Shown piece by piece: positions 20,601 to 30,789 of a stretch of DNA of 64,000 bases. This stretch comes from Candidatus Hydrogenedentota bacterium (GTDB lineage Bacteria; Hydrogenedentota; Hydrogenedentia; Hydrogenedentales; GCA-2746185): contig JAYGCN010000343.1 of the NCBI GenBank assembly GCA_046583315.1, positions 1 to 64,000 of the forward strand, read 5' to 3'. Both the position numbers and the translations under genes were made by a program. Numbering within the stretch: position 1 is the stretch's first letter; every line of letters begins with the position of its first letter. The notes below the pieces were generated by a model that worked only from the letters and a program-made list of their open reading frames with translations, made no database searches and was not told the origin of the DNA.

Positions 20601-21522
20601 CTATACGCCTGTGAGAAACCGTTGTTCAGCATTCGCCAGCGGCTGAAAATTCCGCTCGATGAGAGTACACAATTGTGTGCAATCGAGTTGTCCTTGGAGC
20701 TCCACCGATGCCGCACCCATCGCTTCGTTTGTACGATGGCGTAAGAAAGGATCTCCTCCTTTTGCAATGCTTCTCCAACTTCCGCCTCACCCATCGTGCC
20801 GTCATAAGGTGCATATCCTTTTGCGCTCAATGTCGCCAAGAGCAGATTTTCGTCCCCGGTTCGCAGATCGGAAAGCCAATCTTCGATGTCGTCCGCCCAT
20901 TGCAGGCCCGTGACGAGGCAATCGAAGGCCTCCCTGATAATTTATTTGGTTGCCTCGCTGCAGTCGCTGGCAGCAGCGAGCTCAATGACAGCCACAACCC
21001 CGAACGCGGCCCCCGGCCTGACGAGTTTTCAAGTACCTGCGTGTCCGTTAACGTGACTCCGGGAAGGCCTGGAGGCTCAATTTGGCTCGAAGCATATTGA
21101 CGCATCAACGCTTCCACAGTAGATTCAAATTCCGCGTTGAAGGAGGCTGATTCCCGGATAATGGACAATCCTTTCAGCAACATGTTTTTAAAAAAAAGGA
21201 GTTCCTCTCGCGTCGGATCAAACTGACGATCCAGATAGCGATCTTCAATGAAGCTGTGCACCATGAGGCACAGATGTCCAAGCGTAGCTCGGCGCGCCAA
21301 CTCGTTTGATACGCCCTCCAAGCCTTCAGCCTGAAAAAGAGGGTAGAGCGTCGTCAGCGGAGAAAAACGCAGAATCCATTTGGGTTCCAGGCCGGGCCGT
21401 ATGCCGAGATATCCAATGATAGCGGTTGAACATCTCGACACGTTGGGACCAAAACTGGAAAGCACTATTTCAAACTGCGCATCCAGTGCGTGTAATTCTT
21501 CTTCAATATCGATCCAAGGCAT
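20601..21522 (-). pseudogene. Class I isoprenoid-synthase-fold (ComQ/prenyltransferase-like) enzyme, broken by two frameshifts and one stop
   Basis: First acidic motif FIEDRYLD. After a shift at the G5 run (about 21012) the frame reads AAFGVVAVIELA...TK*IIREAFDCLVTGLQWADDIEDWLSDLRTGDENLLL, containing the second Q..DD..D motif (TAA at 20942-20944). A further shift at about 20715 gives ...AEQRFLTGV*. Confidence 0.72.
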
Positions 21523-21528
21523 AGGGTT

Positions 21529-22093
21529 TTACCATTCGACACTTGCGGTTGATTTCATCGTGGCTATCGGTCTGCCCAACGCGAATCAATAATACGTGGC
21601 TTTGTCATCGTCTCCTGTGGGCGCTGCGCTCGTCTTCTCCTTCGTCCCCCGATTCTGCTTGTTGATGATGTTAAAAGAAATAGATTGCAGCGAATTGTAA
21701 GAAATGGCGTTGTCCTTTGGTTCAACCCAGACACCCGCTTCATACGGTGCAAGGATCACGCCAGCAATCCAGTCGATGTCCTTAGCCGCTACGGCACCTA
21801 CGCCTGAAGCGGAGTCTGGAAATGAAATCGTAACGCTCGCGTCGGTCTTCAAGTTCATAATGGCCGTACCCGCCAGATCCTTGCTCTTATCCGTACTGCC
21901 GAATCCGTTGGTATCGAATAACCAATCGGAGTGATCCGAAAAATTGTCCCAGCACGATGTTGTTGTGGGATTATCTTTTGAATTCGCCGAGCGATTTGAC
22001 ACTATCTGGGCAAACACAGTGAGCGCATTATTCTTCTTTGGAATTTCGGTATCCTCTCTTTCGTGCGCCTCCCAAAAGCGACGTTGGTTTCAT
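21529..22093 (-). pseudogene. Unknown ~187-aa protein ending in C-terminal Trp (candidate prenylated precursor)
   Basis: ORF 21586-22017 continues in frame past TGA as ...KATYY*FALGRPIATMKSTASVEW* (TAA at 21529-21531). The frame is open upstream (NQRRFWEAHERE...) to an ATG at 22093 that is offset by one base. Confidence 0.6.
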
Positions 22094-22133
22094 ATAGAAG
22101 CTCTCAAAAAAAAGGGCACAACGCCAACTATTT

Positions 22134-25061
22134 CTATTGAATGCGTTTCATAATCGATTCCAATGCGTCGATAAGGTCCTCGTACGAATCGAAACGTTCA
22201 TAGGGACTTTTCGACATCATACGCAGGATAACATTCATCGTTTCATCGCCAATCTCCTTTCTTCGTTTTCGTATGTCTGGCACCGTAGAGTGAACGTATT
22301 GATAGATCAGCGCTTCCACATTTTCCGCGTGAAAAGGCCTGGTACCCGCCAGGATTTCATATAATGTTACTCTGAGCGCGAATTGATCCGATTTCCACGT
22401 CGCCCGATTCCCCTGAAATATCTCTGGAGCCATGTAGTCTGGCGTGCCGAAGATATCTCCCGTACCCGTGATGGTCACGGCATCACCCAGTTTGGCCAAC
22501 CCGAAATCGCCGATTTTGATAATATTGTTTTGATCCAAAAAGAGGTTCTTGGGCTTTATGTCACGATGGATGATGCCTGCCGCAAGAGCGCAATTCAATC
22601 ATTTTGTCACTTGCAGGATGTACCTCAAGGCATCGCGTTCGGGAATCTTTTCCGAGACCTTGATCTGGATATCCAATGAACCATTGGAAAAGTATTCGAG
22701 AACAAAGTACGGCTCCTCTTTCTCCCAACCCAACTCGATAATGTTGGCGATGTTTTCGTGGTCCAGTTTGGTCATTGCGTCGGCTTCGCGGTGGAATCTT
22801 TTCATCGCCGATTGATTGGCTTGAATATGACGCTTGGCAACTTTGATAGCAACGTTCCGGGTACTATCGGCACCTTTGTACACGTAGGACATGCCGCCCT
22901 CCCCGAGGAATCCTTCAATGACATAGTTTCCAATTTTTTCAGGATAGGCGGGATACAAGTCGACAATGCGTGTATTCGGATCATCGATCTGCTGGCTGAT
23001 GAGGCTATGCAGCATCAGGGAAATCTGTCTGGCCACATGGTTCAAGGATTTCAATTCGTCGGCCGAGTAATTTTTGTAGTTTGACTTATCCCCGAGTGAT
23101 ATCGCTCCAATAACGCGGCCTCTTGCCACCATCGGGAAAATCACATTGGCGTTCAGCACTTGAAAACCCTCAAGCAACGCCCAGCGCGAGTCTCCCAAAT
23201 TGACGCGTTCTATGATTTCATCCTTGCTGAGTTCGTGCTGCGATTGTGTCATGAATTCAATCAGGGAACTGAAGCTCTCTGTCACGTCCTCAAGCGGAAG
23301 CGGCGGTTCCGCACCACCCACCAGCCACGTATCATTCTTGGGGTATCGGATCAGAATCACGATCTGTGAAGATTCACTCATGTTGCCAATTTTCACAGCG
23401 GCCTTCTTGGCAAATTCTTGTGGAAGAGATTCCTGGATTCCAATTTCCTCGATCATTTCAATCAAGGAATCAAAACCGGGCAGTCCTCGCCGATACCGCG
23501 TTGTAAGCGCAGTGCGCATGCGCCCATGTACCGGTATCGCCAGAACAGACACACCGGCGATGAGAATCGTCTTCGTAAAATCGGTGCTGCCGGGGATGAA
23601 TTGTTCGATCAGTGGACTTGCGCTCGCTATGATTAACAAATAGGCCGAGCCAATGCCCATGAAGAGCACGCCGTACAACAACGCTTCGAGCATAAATTCG
23701 CTTACTTGTAGCAGGTTGTGGGGAACAAACGCATATCCGGTGATGAGTGGAAACAACAAGACTGTCAACTCAAAAACGATCCTTACTTTCGGCCATTCCG
23801 CATGCGATTGGAACCAGAACAGCGTGAAGATCGTAACAGGAATGAAGCCCAGCGCCGTGGCGATGCGAATAATTTTCGCGCGTTGTCGGTCGGTCGCGCT
23901 CAGATTTACCTTGGTTAATTTGAAGACCAGATCGATTGGCAGGGTCAATACGGCCAGAACGAGAAAGGACAGTACCCATACACCAAAGACTTTCGTGTTC
24001 AAGGAGAAAGTATCGAACGAATCGCGACCGGTCAACCAGTCTGAAGCGATCAAAAGCACGCCGAAAATAAGTCCCGCCATCAGAATTCGCACCGGACGTT
24101 TGACGACTGTTCGCAACGGAGAAAAGGTGATCAAGAAGCCCATGGTTGCCATGGGTAGAAAACACTGAAAACAGTAGTACAGCCAGCGCTCCGGTGTGAC
24201 CCGTACTTCAAGAGGTACGCTGCGCAGCAACCAGTACACGCCAACATAGAGACAAAAAATGAGGAAGCCCAAAGAACTCCGGGAATCCGGTTTCAGCCAG
24301 AAAACGCCACACCCAAACAACCCGAAGAGCAATCCGACAAAGAAGTGTGCAAACTTGACGTTCCAGTAAAGCACGTGGAAAATGATGTCCACCTGCGGTT
24401 CAGCCAAATCGGTGGACTCCAGGGTGATCCGAACCGTACGTCCAAGCCCTTCGGTCATCACAGCCTTGTATTCTTCGCGAGAGGTGACCGGCTTTCCTTC
24501 AACGGCGGACATCCGATAATCGGGCCCAATGGGCAGATCCGCCAGATCGAAATCCGTTGTCCTTTCGATTTGCATATCCTCGCTGAGCTCAAGCGCTGGA
24601 TACTGAGAATCAATATAGTTGGCAAACAGGCGAACTTCAGGTTCGATGCCTTCGACTGGCGCGATTTCTACCGTACGCAAAACAACGAGTGAAGCTGACT
24701 GCGCAGAGACGGCACTCGAGTATCCCTTAAGCGTGATCACCCGCGTATCCCCGACATGGGTGACGCGGAACCCTTTTTCCGTTCCGAGTTCGTCCGGATC
24801 GGCTATCGGGCCGTTTACGATTTGAAGGGACTTATCCAATGTCATGATCGGGCGTGGATGATTGACCGCCCAGATGATGTGGAATCCGATGGAAATCGTA
24901 AGGACACAAAACGCTGCCAATATTCCCCACTATATCATGTGCCGTTTCCGGTATAGATTCGGCGATTCGGGGGAACGGAGCGGAAGACCTAATTTCGTCT
25001 CCGTCTCTGACCCTGCATCGTCGTTGCCATCCGGGGGACCTTTTTTGAAATCGTCGACCAC
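22134..25061 (-). pseudogene. Membrane receptor Ser/Thr kinase (TM, PDZ-like, multi-TM, GAF, kinase) with two in-frame stops
   Basis: GGAG RBS and GTG at 25061; a single frame of 976 codons with TAG at 24930-24932 and TGA at 22599-22601. Motifs: PDZ-like MSAVEGKPVTSREE, GAF-like IFPMVARGRVIGAISLGDK...YSADE, and kinase [30 protein letters not shown]. Confidence 0.88.
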
Positions 25062-25405
25062 GTAGTAATGTCTCCAGTTATGGTGGGAAAACTGAATGTT
25101 CGCTGTGCTTAAAAATTGTTCCAGAAAAACCACACACGACTGTCGATATATGGCGATTTTGTACTATTCGTGGATCAGGGACTCCCAGTACAATTTGACC
25201 AATTTAAGGTAGGTAATCAAGGTTCGTATCCTTACTCTGGAAGACAACCTGAGAAGTATTGAAAGGACTATCCTTATTGTATGAAAACGAGGTTGATAGC
25301 GTTTTTCGCGCTTTATACGGAATCCCAAAAGGGAAAAATTTGCTGGTAAATGGTACTGGCGGCGATATATCCTTGTTTCCTTTTAGACCAAAGGGGAATC
25401 CCACA

Positions 25406-26344
25406 TTGAGCGAGATACAAGAACAATCAAGCGCAACGGCTTCGGCAGACCTTCAATTGCTACATTCAACCTCGGTCACGCCCGACCAGATCGACCTGTT
25501 GGGACACATGAACGTGCGCTACTATGGAGTCCACGCCATGGCCGGTGCCCACAAACTTTCACGGCAAATCGGATTGACTACTGCCGCCGAGGCCCATTTC
25601 ACCGACTTGTACACGCGCCATTATCTCGAGCAACTCGAAGGAGCACCGTTGGAGGTCTGGGGCGGCATTCTGGATATCGCAGATACCGAAGTCCGGATGT
25701 ATCTTGAGTTGCGTAATCCCGTGCGCGAAGAGCTGGGCGCTACGTTTGTGTTTACTGCACAGCCTCCGACATTTGAATCACAAACTGAATCCGTTCTATC
25801 GCACGCTGTAGTGACCGCCGCTCAGAATGCGCTCATAGAATGGCCGGAACATGGAAAGCCGCGATCCATTCAATTGGGCAGTTCGCCACACATCATCTCC
25901 TACGACGAAATTCGAAAATTGAATCTCGTGGAACGTGAGGTGCAGGTCATCGATGGAGCACGTTGCGACAAAAGTGGCGTGTATCAAGTCGGTCTGTTCC
26001 AGGACCTCGTCTGGGGCGGCGAGAACATTACCGACGAAGATAACGATTGGCTCAGCACTCTTGAAAACGGCGATCGCATGGGTTGGGCCACGATGGAAAG
26101 TCGATGCACCTTGATAGAGCTGCCGCACGCGGGTGCACGCGTACAAAGTTTCTGGACGACGGTGGAGATGACCCGCAAGGCGCAACAAGAACGATTCTGG
26201 ATCTACGACATCGACCGGGGCGTGCTGCTCTGCACCGCCTCATTCGCGGAAGTCGCGTTCAACATCAACACACGCCGCGCCATCGAGATTCCCGACAAGG
26301 AACGAGCGCGACTCGGCGAACATTTTCATCCGGAACTTGCTTAG
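25406..26344 (+). CDS. Double hot-dog thioesterase-family protein
   Basis: IDLLGHMNVRYY motif; second fold ending F.INTRRAIEIP; AAGGGG RBS before TTG at 25406. Confidence 0.75.
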   Translation: MSEIQEQSSATASADLQLLHSTSVTPDQIDLLGHMNVRYYGVHAMAGAHKLSRQIGLTTAAEAHFTDLYTRHYLEQLEGAPLEVWGGILDIADTEVRMYLELRNPVREELGATFVFTAQPPTFESQTESVLSHAVVTAAQNALIEWPEHGKPRSIQLGSSPHIISYDEIRKLNLVEREVQVIDGARCDKSGVYQVGLFQDLVWGGENITDEDNDWLSTLENGDRMGWATMESRCTLIELPHAGARVQSFWTTVEMTRKAQQERFWIYDIDRGVLLCTASFAEVAFNINTRRAIEIPDKERARLGEHFHPELA

Positions 26345-26368
26345 CGTTCGTCGTTGAGGTCTTGCTCC

Positions 26369-27592
26369 CTATACATGTTGCGCAAGGAAACGCTGCGTCT
26401 CGGCCGGATCTTCTATCCACGGAAAGGTGGATTGCGGATTATTGAACCCCTCCACGAATGCATTCCGTACAGCCTCCGATTGTTGCGCCGCCATGAGAAT
26501 TTGCACGATGTGAGGTGCCGGCGGCACGCCGAGTTGGACGTTAGTGAAACGAACGCCCCATTGCGCCCAATCCCAGAAATCCTCGAAGGTTTGCTGCATC
26601 CAGTCCGAAGAGAATTCATCGTCCGCATGCTCAATAATTCGGCGTAGATATACCGAAGCCGCCATCGCCGCGCCATTGGCCCCGCGACCCGTCACAGGAT
26701 CGTTCAGCACGACCGCGTCGCCCATGCCGAGAACGTGCGCGCCGGACGGCAGTGTGGCAATGGGTGTTTTGACTGTCGGAGGAAATCGTCCCGTGAGCAA
26801 GGCCTTCGCGTCGGTCGGTTCGATGGCTTTGCATCGCTCGGCTTCCCAGGGCAGGAAGGCTTGCAACGTCGACTGTGCTTTTTCAACATGTTCATCCAGA
26901 CTCTGCACGCCGCCCCAGTCGTCCATCGGACCGCCCGGGGCTGCTTCAAACAGCATGATGTCGCATTCGCCGGTGGTCGTCAATGCGCGGAAGCAAAGAT
27001 ACTCACCAATTCCCGGCACCACGCTGAGTCCGCCCGTCGCTTCGTCGTCCCTGGGGGTCATGCCGTTGACAAACAAGAGCGTTAGACCGCGCTGAGGTCT
27101 GTCGAAAGGTGAACGGGATGCGTCGCGCTGAAAAAGTTTGCCGAGGTCTCCTTTTCCCGCAGCGACGATAACGAGATCGCTCGTTTCCGCATAGTGTTCC
27201 GCATCCTCGATCCCTGCTTCATGAATGATCAGTTTACCGCCGTGTTCCTCGAATTTTTTCATCCACACGGGAAACTTTACGCGCTGATCCAGAGATTGTG
27301 CGGGCTTGTCGAGTTTGGCGCACCAGTCGATAAGCGCAGAGCCGTCCGGGCCGACTCCGGTGACGCTGAGCGCATCCATCCAGGGGCATTCGTCGTCCCA
27401 AAAGTTGAGATCCAGGTCGCGCTCTGATTGTAGGCAGGGGTCGAACATGACCTGGCTCGACATAATGGAGCCATCATGAATATCTTCCGCCGTGCGATTG
27501 GATACAATGGTCACCTCGCAACCTTTATCGAGCAAGCCGAGTCCGAGTTGCAAGCCCGATTGGCCGGCCCCGATTATCGTTATTTTTCTCAT
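26369..27592 (-). CDS. Styrene/indole monooxygenase (StyA-like, group E flavoprotein monooxygenase)
   Basis: MRKITIIGAGQSGLQLG, SSQ.MF, AQSLDQRVK, AAGKGD and MGDAVVLNDPVTG.GAN; the true start is inside the 587-aa track ORF. Confidence 0.88.
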   Translation of the reverse strand: MRKITIIGAGQSGLQLGLGLLDKGCEVTIVSNRTAEDIHDGSIMSSQVMFDPCLQSERDLDLNFWDDECPWMDALSVTGVGPDGSALIDWCAKLDKPAQSLDQRVKFPVWMKKFEEHGGKLIIHEAGIEDAEHYAETSDLVIVAAGKGDLGKLFQRDASRSPFDRPQRGLTLLFVNGMTPRDDEATGGLSVVPGIGEYLCFRALTTTGECDIMLFEAAPGGPMDDWGGVQSLDEHVEKAQSTLQAFLPWEAERCKAIEPTDAKALLTGRFPPTVKTPIATLPSGAHVLGMGDAVVLNDPVTGRGANGAAMAASVYLRRIIEHADDEFSSDWMQQTFEDFWDWAQWGVRFTNVQLGVPPAPHIVQILMAAQQSEAVRNAFVEGFNNPQSTFPWIEDPAETQRFLAQHV

Positions 27593-28074
27593 TCGGCATC
27601 CTCTTCTTTTTGATTTCGCAAATCCGCGCGCGCGCCACGGAAGACGAAAACCATTGCCGTAATTACCGTGATGATGGCCGCTACGAACAGAAGATACATC
27701 AGGCTGTTCGAGAGACCGCCTCCAAATTCCAGACCCCTTCCGCCGAATAGTGGACCGATCATCGAAGCGGATATATTGCCCCACGACGTGATGATGAGTC
27801 CCCATCCGATCCATGCTTCGCCACGCGCAGTGAGCTTTAGCCTCGCGCCCGCCGCGCCAACAGCGATAAGCGTGAGTCCATTCAGAATCCCCTCGAGATG
27901 CGCCATGCGCCAACCCCGAACGTCTCCCGGCGGTGTCCAATCGATCGAGCCGGGAATAGGCCACAGCACCAGTTTTTCGATAATGACAAAGGCGTAGGGG
28001 AATCCCGCGGCCATGCCCACCAGAAACACCAACGCGCCGTGCGCGATCATGGTCGATTGCATACGTGGACTCAT
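27589..28074 (-). CDS. Styrene oxide isomerase (StyC)-like membrane heme protein
   Basis: M..HG, PG...GW..AH.....NG, W.N and RGL.FG motifs as recalled from StyC; four TM helices; its stop overlaps the styA-like start (ATGA). Confidence 0.78.
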   Translation of the reverse strand: MSPRMQSTMIAHGALVFLVGMAAGFPYAFVIIEKLVLWPIPGSIDWTPPGDVRGWRMAHLEGILNGLTLIAVGAAGARLKLTARGEAWIGWGLIITSWGNISASMIGPLFGGRGLEFGGGLSNSLMYLLFVAAIITVITAMVFVFRGARADLRNQKEEDAE

Positions 28075-28350
28075 CAGGGCCTGCCTTTCGTTGTACGGTT
28101 GGATTAAGTAAGCGTGAAAAAATGCGCCGCATTCATGTCGAGCCAAGCAGTAGACATTCCTGCCAGTATACACATTCGACGAAGTTGCGCGAATCGCGTT
28201 CGATCGGCAGTCGCCACTCGATTGATAGTTTCCGAAACCAGCTTGATATTTGAATTCTCCTATCCACCGCGATTGCCTGCAATGTGCAGATGCCTATCTC
28301 CCGTGTCGTGCTGACAGGTCCCTATGTCTACACTATCGCGATACGAAAGG

Positions 28351-29724
28351 TTAGTCCAGAAGTGCTCTCATGGCGGGCATCAACACATCCTCTACTTCGG
28401 GTGCCACTTTTGAGGCGCCCGGACTGTCTTCGTAGCCTCCCTGCGTATAGTGTTCCTTCAGGCAAATGTAACCCGGTGCATATTCGCCATAGGCCGCCAT
28501 CGCCACGAACAAGTCCGGACGCATTTCCTGGGCTGCCAACTGGTACTCCACGGCCAATTCGCCCGGCATGTGCAGAATACGTGCGGGCCCGAGTGTCAAA
28601 CACGTGAGATCGATTTTGTCTCCCACCTGACTGCGCCGCAACCACACAAGATCTTTCGCAATTTCGTTGCGTTGCGCGGCGGGCAGGTTCTTGCTGTCCT
28701 TGAGTCGTGCCATCAATTCCTCCTCGTTCAGATGCCGCGCGATGGGTAGCGCCACAGGAAGTGTCTCCCAATCGACATCCTCGGCGGTAAGGGGATATTT
28801 CTTTGTTGCTTGATACGCTTCCGCCATACCCTCCGCCAGGCGAACGGCCAGTTTCTGGCGATTTTCGTGCGCGCCGTCGTTGTACTTCCCCGCACCGATA
28901 TTGCCCCCAGCTCCATTAAAATGAACGTGCGTGAGACCATTGTGCGTCGCTTGGCGCAGGAAACGCGCCATGCCCGGAAAATCGGGATTCGCGATTCCGG
29001 TCTGATAATAACTTTGTGGGTGGGTGGCGTAATACGTGAGCACGACCAGCGGTTTGTCCTCGTTCCAGAAACTGATCGACTTGAGCATCGGATCGATGAT
29101 TCCCTCTGGCTCTGCACGCACGGCGGGATCGGCGGTTGCGGTGTAACGCACCACCCTCACTTTGCCATCATCCCCGAGAATTCGACGATTCGAAGCGACC
29201 TTTTGAACCCTCGCCTCCCCAAGCCCCACGTGGGTAGCGACTTGTGCGTTTGCCATCGCCTCCTTCGCGGCATCCGCAACATTGGCGATCGTCTGTCGCG
29301 CGAAATCGACGTCAAACATCGTTCCCTGATATCCCTGTTCATCGAGCAATTCGACGGCACTGAAATCGCATACCGGCGCGTCGTGCTGATGCAGAGCGTG
29401 AACCGAAACACGCTGCGGAGACGTGTTGACCGCTTTGGCAATCGTTTCCCGCCATTCGTCATAGCCACCATTGCTGATGCCAATCCAATCTACGGCGCAC
29501 AAGACGATAGGATCGTCCTTGCCGAGCAGAACAATTCCCCGTGCCGTGAGTGGCATGCCCACCGCGTCGCAACGGTTATACGCCAAAGGACTGCCAACTG
29601 GCGGCGAAGCATCGACAACGAAGGTTCCCACTCGAAGCGGTGATTCACGTTCGACCGCCGACGCGGCAATGGAACAAGAGACAACAATCAGCAGGCACAA
29701 CGCGAGAGTAAGGTTAGATTTCAT
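28351..29724 (-). CDS. Secreted neutral/alkaline ceramidase-like hydrolase (uncharacterised)
   Basis: Signal peptide, HALHQHDAP, YATHP, GAGGNI, HMPGE..VEY and GGYE. Confidence 0.7.
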   Translation of the reverse strand: MKSNLTLALCLLIVVSCSIAASAVERESPLRVGTFVVDASPPVGSPLAYNRCDAVGMPLTARGIVLLGKDDPIVLCAVDWIGISNGGYDEWRETIAKAVNTSPQRVSVHALHQHDAPVCDFSAVELLDEQGYQGTMFDVDFARQTIANVADAAKEAMANAQVATHVGLGEARVQKVASNRRILGDDGKVRVVRYTATADPAVRAEPEGIIDPMLKSISFWNEDKPLVVLTYYATHPQSYYQTGIANPDFPGMARFLRQATHNGLTHVHFNGAGGNIGAGKYNDGAHENRQKLAVRLAEGMAEAYQATKKYPLTAEDVDWETLPVALPIARHLNEEELMARLKDSKNLPAAQRNEIAKDLVWLRRSQVGDKIDLTCLTLGPARILHMPGELAVEYQLAAQEMRPDLFVAMAAYGEYAPGYICLKEHYTQGGYEDSPGASKVAPEVEDVLMPAMRALLD

Positions 29725-29888
29725 CGTAGTTTAAAATTCCTGTAGGGTGTTGAGAGTCGACCGCGCGCTTTAGGCCGCGCATGAGGGCTACTGGTTTCGA
29801 AAATAGCACGCTTTAGCCGGAATTGCAACCGAGACTCTTGGACTTGCTAATACCAGACTGTATGATGGCCGTATAAAGGATTTAAGCC

Positions 29889-30770
29889 ATGCGTGGTATC
29901 GTCACAGTTCTAAATACGCCGTTTACAACTACCGGGGACATTGATTTCAATGACCTGCGGCGTACTGTGGACGATGCCTTGGAAGCGGGCGTCGCGGGAT
30001 TTCTCGTGGGCGGACTCGCCAGTGAAGTCGGTATGCTTTCGGAAGACGAACGAATTCGCGTGCTTGAGACCATTCTCGAATTGAACGACGCGCGTACCCA
30101 GGTTATCGGGGGTGGTTTCGGAGAAACACAGGCCGATCGCGTTGCCGTCGCGCGCCGTCTCATCGATTGCGGATGCGAAGGCATCATGGCCAGCCTGCCA
30201 TTCACCGAGACAGCATCATTCGAATCGAATATCCGCGAGTTGGCCGACCTGCACCCGGGATTCTTGATGATTCAGGATTGGGATCCCGAGGGTACCGGCA
30301 TACCCCTTCCCGTGATCAAGCACCTCTTCGAGACGATTCCCGAATTCAAATGGTTGAAAATGGAGATCATCCCCGCCGGCCCGAAATATACCGAGGTATT
30401 GAACGCGACAAAGGGGCAACTGAAGGTCGCGGGAGGCTGGGCAGTCATGCAAATGATCGAGGCCCTCGATCGCGGTGTGCACGTCTTCATGCCCACGGCC
30501 ATGTACCGCATCTATTGTTCAATCTACAGCCGTTACGCCGAGGGTGATCGGGAAAGTGCGCAGCATCTCTTCAACGAAATTCTTCCAGTTCTCGCCTTCA
30601 GTAATCAGAATCTCGATATTTCCATTCAATTCTTCAAGCGACTTTTGGCAGCACAAGGCGTATTCCAAACGGATTCGGTGCGCATTGAGTGTCCGCCCTT
30701 TGACGAGGCGCAACGGCGTATCGCCGACGAACTCATCGCCAGAGTGATCGCCATCGAGGCTGAGTTGTAA
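29889..30770 (+). CDS. DapA/DHDPS-like aldolase family protein
   Basis: TPFT..G.ID, G.ASE...LS..ER, MIQD and LKME Schiff-base Lys region. Confidence 0.8.
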   Translation: MRGIVTVLNTPFTTTGDIDFNDLRRTVDDALEAGVAGFLVGGLASEVGMLSEDERIRVLETILELNDARTQVIGGGFGETQADRVAVARRLIDCGCEGIMASLPFTETASFESNIRELADLHPGFLMIQDWDPEGTGIPLPVIKHLFETIPEFKWLKMEIIPAGPKYTEVLNATKGQLKVAGGWAVMQMIEALDRGVHVFMPTAMYRIYCSIYSRYAEGDRESAQHLFNEILPVLAFSNQNLDISIQFFKRLLAAQGVFQTDSVRIECPPFDEAQRRIADELIARVIAIEAEL

Positions 30771-30789
30771 GAGCTCCGATGCTTGACCC

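Noticed and set aside
21586..22601. TGA recoded as Gly, Trp or Sec (alternative genetic code)
   Set aside because: TGA ends many intact genes here (for example nirB and the MaoC genes). The interruptions use all three stop codons plus frameshifts, which fits decay rather than recoding.
24930..25133. Separate small peptide ORF upstream of the kinase
   Set aside because: It is in frame with the kinase, has an RBS before GTG 25061 and is separated only by a TAG, so it is better read as the kinase N-terminus.
27593..28132. 180-aa N-terminal extension of the monooxygenase (587-aa track ORF)
   Set aside because: It is an Arg-rich shadow frame over the StyC-like gene; the Rossmann motif starts at 27592.
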